The notes below the pieces were generated by a model, which saw nothing but the letters and a program-made list of their open reading frames with translations, was not told the DNA's origin and made no database searches. From an uncultured virus (IMG/VR IMGVR_UViG_3300032288_005130) (lineage: Duplodnaviria; Heunggongvirae; Uroviricota; Caudoviricetes): DNA of 20,000 nucleotides. The stretch is from IMG/VR virus record IMGVR_UViG_3300032288_005130. One strand, given 5' to 3'. The translations under genes and the position numbers were made by a program. Positions 15,960 through 20,000 of the stretch are shown in pieces. Numbering within the stretch: the first letter of the stretch is position 1; every line of letters starts with the position of its first letter.

Positions 15960-16034
15960 TAGGAGACTCTTTTAAATATAAAAGCAGGTTGGAGTCTACT
16001 CTCCTATTATTATCTAACAGCCCTTTTGATATAA

Positions 16035-16066
16035 CAAAGATAGTCATTATATTCCATATAAACAAA
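16035..16066 (-). promoter_or_regulatory. Second Bacteroidota-type promoter (TTTG-N20-TATCTTTG)
   Basis: CAAAGATA 16035-16042, CAAA 16063-16066. Confidence 0.65.
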
Positions 16067-16072
16067 TTATAA

Positions 16073-16098
16073 TACAGAAAAATGTGCGGATTTCTGTA
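16073..16098. repeat. 26-bp imperfect palindrome, copy 4
   Basis: TACAGAAAAATGTGCGGATTTCTGTA, identical to copy 2. Confidence 0.9.
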
Positions 16099-16150
16099 AT
16101 TATATTTAAAAAGTCGTTAAAATCTACAACTCGGATTTATATCCAATTAG

Positions 16151-16705
16151 TTAAATTGATAGCCAGGAAGAGTTTATTTTAAGCACATAGTATTTTTTAG
16201 TTACTTTGACATTATTAATCTGGCGTAGTGTTTTGTTTAAAAAAACCGTTTGGTTAATTTCATCTTCTGTTTTGAATGTATCATTAAATACCCATTTACA
16301 ATTTTTATAATCACCATTTTGGATGTATTTACTATTACTTGGTTCATTCCCGGAGATTGAGTTACTTGGGTGTGGAACAGCTTCTTTTTCATCTGATTGT
16401 TCTAACCAGCATTCAATATTAGATATTCCCTTTCCTGTCTTATTTAGGTCGGAAATAAATTGGGATATGCCAGAATAAACTACTTGTAGATGTGATGTTA
16501 AGTTATCTTCTTCTTTTTGAAAGATAGGTGAGAATAGTTTTGTATATGATCCTATTGGTGCGGATCCTCCATTTGGAAATGGTTCAAAAATTTCCCAACC
16601 TGGTAAATAATTCAATAAGTTATTTGCTTGTGATTCCAAGATGTTTTTATCATCCCAACGGCTAACAATTATATCAATTGGTGAATGTGTAATAGTTTTT
16701 GTCAT
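16151..16705 (-). CDS. Hypothetical protein
   Basis: 184 aa ORF, no recognised motif. Confidence 0.75.
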   Translation of the reverse strand: MTKTITHSPIDIIVSRWDDKNILESQANNLLNYLPGWEIFEPFPNGGSAPIGSYTKLFSPIFQKEEDNLTSHLQVVYSGISQFISDLNKTGKGISNIECWLEQSDEKEAVPHPSNSISGNEPSNSKYIQNGDYKNCKWVFNDTFKTEDEINQTVFLNKTLRQINNVKVTKKYYVLKINSSWLSI

Positions 16706-16742
16706 ATTTTTAGGTTTTTATATTTTATAAAATAAGGAATTA

Positions 16743-16910
16743 TTACTTGTCTTGTTTCTCATTAGTTTGGTTTTCTTCATCTAGTAATTGAAGTCCACCT
16801 CCTAAAAAAAGGTTATTATTTTCGGCAAATTCAATTAATTTATCTAAAATTTCATTTTCACTAATATCTTCTTTAGTTGATATAGTCATGTTTAATTGAT
16901 ATGTTTTCAT
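16743..16910 (-). CDS. 55-aa acidic microprotein (absent from ORF track)
   Basis: MKTYQLNMTISTKEDISENEILDKLIEFAENNNLFLGGGLQLLDEENQTNEKQDK; TATATTTG box at 16934-16941. Confidence 0.7.
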   Translation of the reverse strand: MKTYQLNMTISTKEDISENEILDKLIEFAENNNLFLGGGLQLLDEENQTNEKQDK

Positions 16911-16946
16911 ATTATTTTTTATTAAATCTTTAGCAAATATACGGAA

Positions 16947-17237
16947 TTAATTACTCACTTGTGAGAGTTTATGAAAATAAACTACAGAAATCTGACCTAT
17001 TTCTCCTCCAAAACAAAAAAATAGGCTGTTTCCTTGAGAGACATTTTCTTTAGTGATGCCACATTCTTCGCTAAGTATAGGACTAATTCTTTGATAATAA
17101 AAAACAATATCATCTTCTATGAAGTCAATTGATTTAATATAAACATCTAATGCTAACTTATCAGTAAATTTAGCCGATTTGTTCCATTCATATAGGTGTT
17201 CAATTATAATATCATTATCTAGCTTTGTTAGTATCAT
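16947..17237 (-). CDS. Hypothetical protein
   Basis: 96 aa, ATGA-coupled to the upstream gene. Confidence 0.65.
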   Translation of the reverse strand: MILTKLDNDIIIEHLYEWNKSAKFTDKLALDVYIKSIDFIEDDIVFYYQRISPILSEECGITKENVSQGNSLFFCFGGEIGQISVVYFHKLSQVSN

Positions 17238-17620
17238 ATGTCTATCCTAAATATCTTGTTTATTTTATCTTTTCGGATATTATTACGATTGTTATAAATC
17301 ATTGTGCCTGAACCATAAGTCATATTTCCTGTTATGGTTATAGATTCTTTTATAGTTAAATTTCCTCTAAAATTAATTGTTAATTCTTTAAAATGAATTT
17401 TATTCCATTTGTTTTTATCAAATGTATGAAGGAACATAATTAAGTTATACCATAGTCTGGATCTTTTGTTTTTAAACCCAAATATGACATCGCCTGCTTT
17501 ATTATCTAATAATATGTGATCATTGATATTAGGTACTGAGCATTTATTTCCACTTTTATCTACCCATTTACTTTCGTGGAAGTATCCTGATCCTACATAG
17601 TATTTTTCTCTTCTTTTCAT
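17234..17620 (-). CDS. Hypothetical protein, C-tag-like (...RKDKINKIFRIDI)
   Basis: 128 aa. Confidence 0.75.
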   Translation of the reverse strand: MKRREKYYVGSGYFHESKWVDKSGNKCSVPNINDHILLDNKAGDVIFGFKNKRSRLWYNLIMFLHTFDKNKWNKIHFKELTINFRGNLTIKESITITGNMTYGSGTMIYNNRNNIRKDKINKIFRIDI

Positions 17621-17627
17621 AATAAGT

Positions 17628-17903
17628 TTAATAACCCCTATTATTTTTGATATTCTCCCATTCTTTAAGCATTGAGTATGACATTCTCCATAAACCTACA
17701 ATAAATACCCATAAAAGAGGAAAGATTAAATAGTAGGGTTTACTTAGGGTAAGAAACAATATTGAATAAGGGATGAATATTAAAGATAGGTAGAATATCC
17801 CTCCCTTTATATTATTGAGGTTTTCATACCATATATTTGTTTTATAAATAAATTTCTTAATCATTTGTAAGAATACTGGGATTGAATAAAAGAATTTTTT
17901 CAT
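17628..17903 (-). CDS. Small membrane protein (2 predicted TM segments)
   Basis: GGIFYLSLIFIPYSILFLTL and YYLIFPLLWVFIVGLW; TATATTTG at 17917-17924. Confidence 0.75.
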   Translation of the reverse strand: MKKFFYSIPVFLQMIKKFIYKTNIWYENLNNIKGGIFYLSLIFIPYSILFLTLSKPYYLIFPLLWVFIVGLWRMSYSMLKEWENIKNNRGY

Positions 17904-17926
17904 ATTTTTTATACTTCAAATATACG

Positions 17927-18478
17927 TTATTTTAATATTTCATCTAAATTAAAATCTCTTAAAATACCAGATTCTTTAGATATATTTTCCCATATGTTAT
18001 TAAAGTTATTAGCATTTATTTCACTTACTTTATCCTTAGTAATATCTATTAACTCATTATACATATTCACATCAGTATAACTTGTTTGTATGTTATATCC
18101 CAGTGTTAAACTAAAATACTTATCCTTATAAATATAGATAGTCAGGCGTTCATTATTATTTGATTTAATCATATTCCCATTACTTGGTGGGTATGCCTTT
18201 TTAATATACCTAATATCACTTATTTCAATATTTATAAAACTTTCATTATAAGATATTCTTATATTCTCTGGGTATTTAATAATGTTATTGAATAGATTTT
18301 TGAACTTGTTACTAACTTCTTCATTATATTGACACTTCTCTTCATTATTTCCTTTTGATTTATCTATTGGTTCATCTGGTTCAGTAGGATATTTATTTTG
18401 AGGAGTACTCTGTGAAAGACTTTTATTTAGTTTTTCAAATACCTTTTTGGATATTTTATTAATCTCTTTCTTTTTCAT
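17927..18478 (-). CDS. Hypothetical protein, C-tag-like (...RDFNLDEILK)
   Basis: 183 aa. Confidence 0.8.
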   Translation of the reverse strand: MKKKEINKISKKVFEKLNKSLSQSTPQNKYPTEPDEPIDKSKGNNEEKCQYNEEVSNKFKNLFNNIIKYPENIRISYNESFINIEISDIRYIKKAYPPSNGNMIKSNNNERLTIYIYKDKYFSLTLGYNIQTSYTDVNMYNELIDITKDKVSEINANNFNNIWENISKESGILRDFNLDEILK

Positions 18479-18486
18479 TTAGTTAA

Positions 18487-18603
18487 TTATTTTTTAATTG
18501 CAATTTTTAAATCATCAACCATATCTTCTCCATATAAATCATCATTTGTATCATGGTGAAAAGAATCCATAAACTCTTCTGATGTTAGTATTTTATTGCT
18601 CAT
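18487..18603 (-). CDS. 38-aa acidic microprotein (absent from ORF track)
   Basis: MSNKILTSEEFMDSFHHDTNDDLYGEDMVDDLKIAIKK; fills the gap in a minus-strand run. Confidence 0.5.
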   Translation of the reverse strand: MSNKILTSEEFMDSFHHDTNDDLYGEDMVDDLKIAIKK

Positions 18604-18622
18604 ATTAGTTTGTTTTTAGTTG

Positions 18623-18862
18623 TTAGTCTTGTTCAATTTCACTATCTACATTTCTATCACACTTTGGACACCAATATCCACCAAATACACCACTCACAAA
18701 TTCTTTATCAGGATGTGAGCAAATTTGATTTAGCTGAAATAATTCATTTATAGTTTCAATAAAGCAATCTTCATCCATTGCTTGTATAACATCTTCATCA
18801 TCAGCATAACAATTTGCTCTGTTTTTAAATAGCTGTCTTAATTTTTGTTCATCCATATTCAT
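18623..18862 (-). CDS. Small protein with C-terminal Zn-ribbon
   Basis: CSH...WCPKC. Confidence 0.75.
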   Translation of the reverse strand: MNMDEQKLRQLFKNRANCYADDEDVIQAMDEDCFIETINELFQLNQICSHPDKEFVSGVFGGYWCPKCDRNVDSEIEQD

Positions 18863-19254
18863 ATTAAATAGAACTGAGGGTTTCTAATAATATCTGCCAT
18901 TATCTTAATTGACAATTCAAGGTCTTTTTTCATCATATGAGATGAGGCATAGTTTAATACTATTTTAGTTAATTCTTCTTCTAAATCATCCATACTCATT
19001 TTTCTTTCTTGAGAAGATAATACATTTATTCTATTATATGGTCTTAATTCAGAGTTATCTCTATATGAGAAAAGTCTATCATATAATTCGTTTTCTAATT
19101 CTTTTACATCTGTATCAGAAGGTGTAAGACCATTAAAATGTAATTGTCTTGCTTTAAAGAGACAATTTTCTATTACTTCTCTTTCTGTCACAAGATTCGT
19201 GTTAAGTTCTTTAGTACTGTTCGGAGGTGGATCTGGAGTTAGTGTTTTTTTCAT
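18859..19254 (-). CDS. Hypothetical helical protein
   Basis: 131 aa; TATTTTTG box at 19302-19309. Confidence 0.75.
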   Translation of the reverse strand: MKKTLTPDPPPNSTKELNTNLVTEREVIENCLFKARQLHFNGLTPSDTDVKELENELYDRLFSYRDNSELRPYNRINVLSSQERKMSMDDLEEELTKIVLNYASSHMMKKDLELSIKIMADIIRNPQFYLI

Positions 19255-19313
19255 TTTTATTTGTTTTTATTATTTTTATAAATTGGTTTTAGTTAAGTTT
19301 ACAAAAATAATAA

Positions 19314-19373
19314 AATCGAGTAGTAAATCGAGTAGTGAATCGAGTAGTAAATCGAGTAGTAAATCGAGTAGTG
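19314..19373. repeat. 5 x 12-bp tandem repeat AATCGAGTAGT(A/G)
   Basis: Units start at 19314, 19326, 19338, 19350 and 19362. Confidence 0.95.
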
Positions 19374-19393
19374 AATACGAAAGAAATTCACAT

Positions 19394-19484
19394 CTATAGG
19401 ATTTTGTTTATTTGCTCTAAGGTATGGAACTTAAAAAAATCTATTACGTGTTTCTTAAAAACCTTTTCGACTTTCAGTATCACA
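19394..19484 (-). pseudogene. Duplicated fragment of the 19742..19999 gene
   Basis: 19416-19484 matches 19818-19886 at 66/69 nt; reads VILKVEKVFKKHVIDFFKFHTLEQINKIL*. Confidence 0.75.
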
Positions 19485-19526
19485 TTTTCTTCAACATCAT
19501 CTACATTGTAGGAGATGTATAGTGAA

Positions 19527-19721
19527 TTACTTATGTGTTAGAAAACAGGTATAATTATCAATATATTGAATATTAATCACATCGGTGATATTATTATCAC
19601 TGATATAAGATTGAACTTTATCCTGAACGGATTTTATTACACGAGGTGGTGGTGGGGGGAGAAAATATCCACCTAAGCTCACCACCTCTATTTCTGCGCT
19701 AATTTTGACTGTTTTTGCCAT
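19527..19721 (-). CDS. Hypothetical protein with poly-Pro tract
   Basis: 64 aa. Confidence 0.65.
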   Translation of the reverse strand: MAKTVKISAEIEVVSLGGYFLPPPPPRVIKSVQDKVQSYISDNNITDVINIQYIDNYTCFLTHK

Positions 19722-19741
19722 ATTATTTTATTTTTCTTGTT

Positions 19742-19999
19742 TTACTTCTGAACGACTAATTTTGTGTAACCGAGTTGATTAGTTGCTTTTACAGTTTCTT
19801 CACCAAAAAATTTATCTTCTAAGGTATGGAACTTAAAAAAGTCTATTCCGTGTTTCTTAAAAACCTTTTCTACTTTCAGTATCACAGTTTTATTTTTGTC
19901 TTCTGGGCCAAGCTTTTTTGACACAATGTCACCCTCTTTAATTTCACCTGTAATCAGTTGGTAGAATTTTCCATCCACTTTAATTTCTCCTTTTTTCAT
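19742..19999 (-). CDS. Hypothetical basic beta-rich protein
   Basis: 85 aa; ATG at the window edge. Confidence 0.7.
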   Translation of the reverse strand: MKKGEIKVDGKFYQLITGEIKEGDIVSKKLGPEDKNKTVILKVEKVFKKHGIDFFKFHTLEDKFFGEETVKATNQLGYTKLVVQK

Positions 20000-20000
20000 A

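Noticed and set aside
14088..16098. CRISPR or classical integron attC interpretation of the 26-bp repeats
   Set aside because: Spacing is 365-835 bp with whole genes between copies; no GTTRRRY/RYYYAAC ends and no integrase in the window
19314..19373. CRISPR array
   Set aside because: Contiguous 12-bp units without spacers; no cas genes in the window
19199..19399. Plus-strand ORF with KSSS repeats
   Set aside because: Translation of the 12-bp tandem array, antisense to the local gene run
19416..19886. Diversity-generating retroelement TR/VR pair
   Set aside because: Only 3 mismatches, not all at adenines of one copy, and no reverse transcriptase in the window
1..20000. Alternative genetic code (stop recoding)
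   Set aside because: The standard code gives dense tiling, and TAA, TAG and TGA all fall right after the conserved tails

Overview
Very AT-rich, densely coding window with about 50 short, mostly hypothetical ORFs and no rRNA, tRNA, CRISPR array or recognisable housekeeping gene. It most likely comes from the accessory region of a large dsDNA phage. Repeated TAnnTTTG boxes, some with TTTG 19-20 nt upstream, point to a Bacteroidota host (inference). The main signal is that 38 small proteins with largely unrelated bodies fall into two mutually exclusive tagged classes. Fourteen begin with an N-terminal M-K/R-H/Y-L-K-x-Y/F-(K-I-F)-E-S motif, and 24 end in a C-terminal R-D/E/N-x-K-L/I-x-x-L/I-(G-I) helix. 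The classes sit in alternating opposite-strand blocks. The blocks share tiny divergent intergenic regions with two promoter-like motifs: host-type TATATTTG on the C-tag side and (T)AATATATA on the N-tag side. The right third has a repeat cluster and four 26-bp imperfect palindromes around a ribbon-helix-helix gene, a HAD hydrolase and an AAA+ ATPase, near an apparent strand-skew switch. It also has a 5x12-bp tandem array and a recent 69-bp duplication. Family assignments come from motif recognition by eye; no searches were run.
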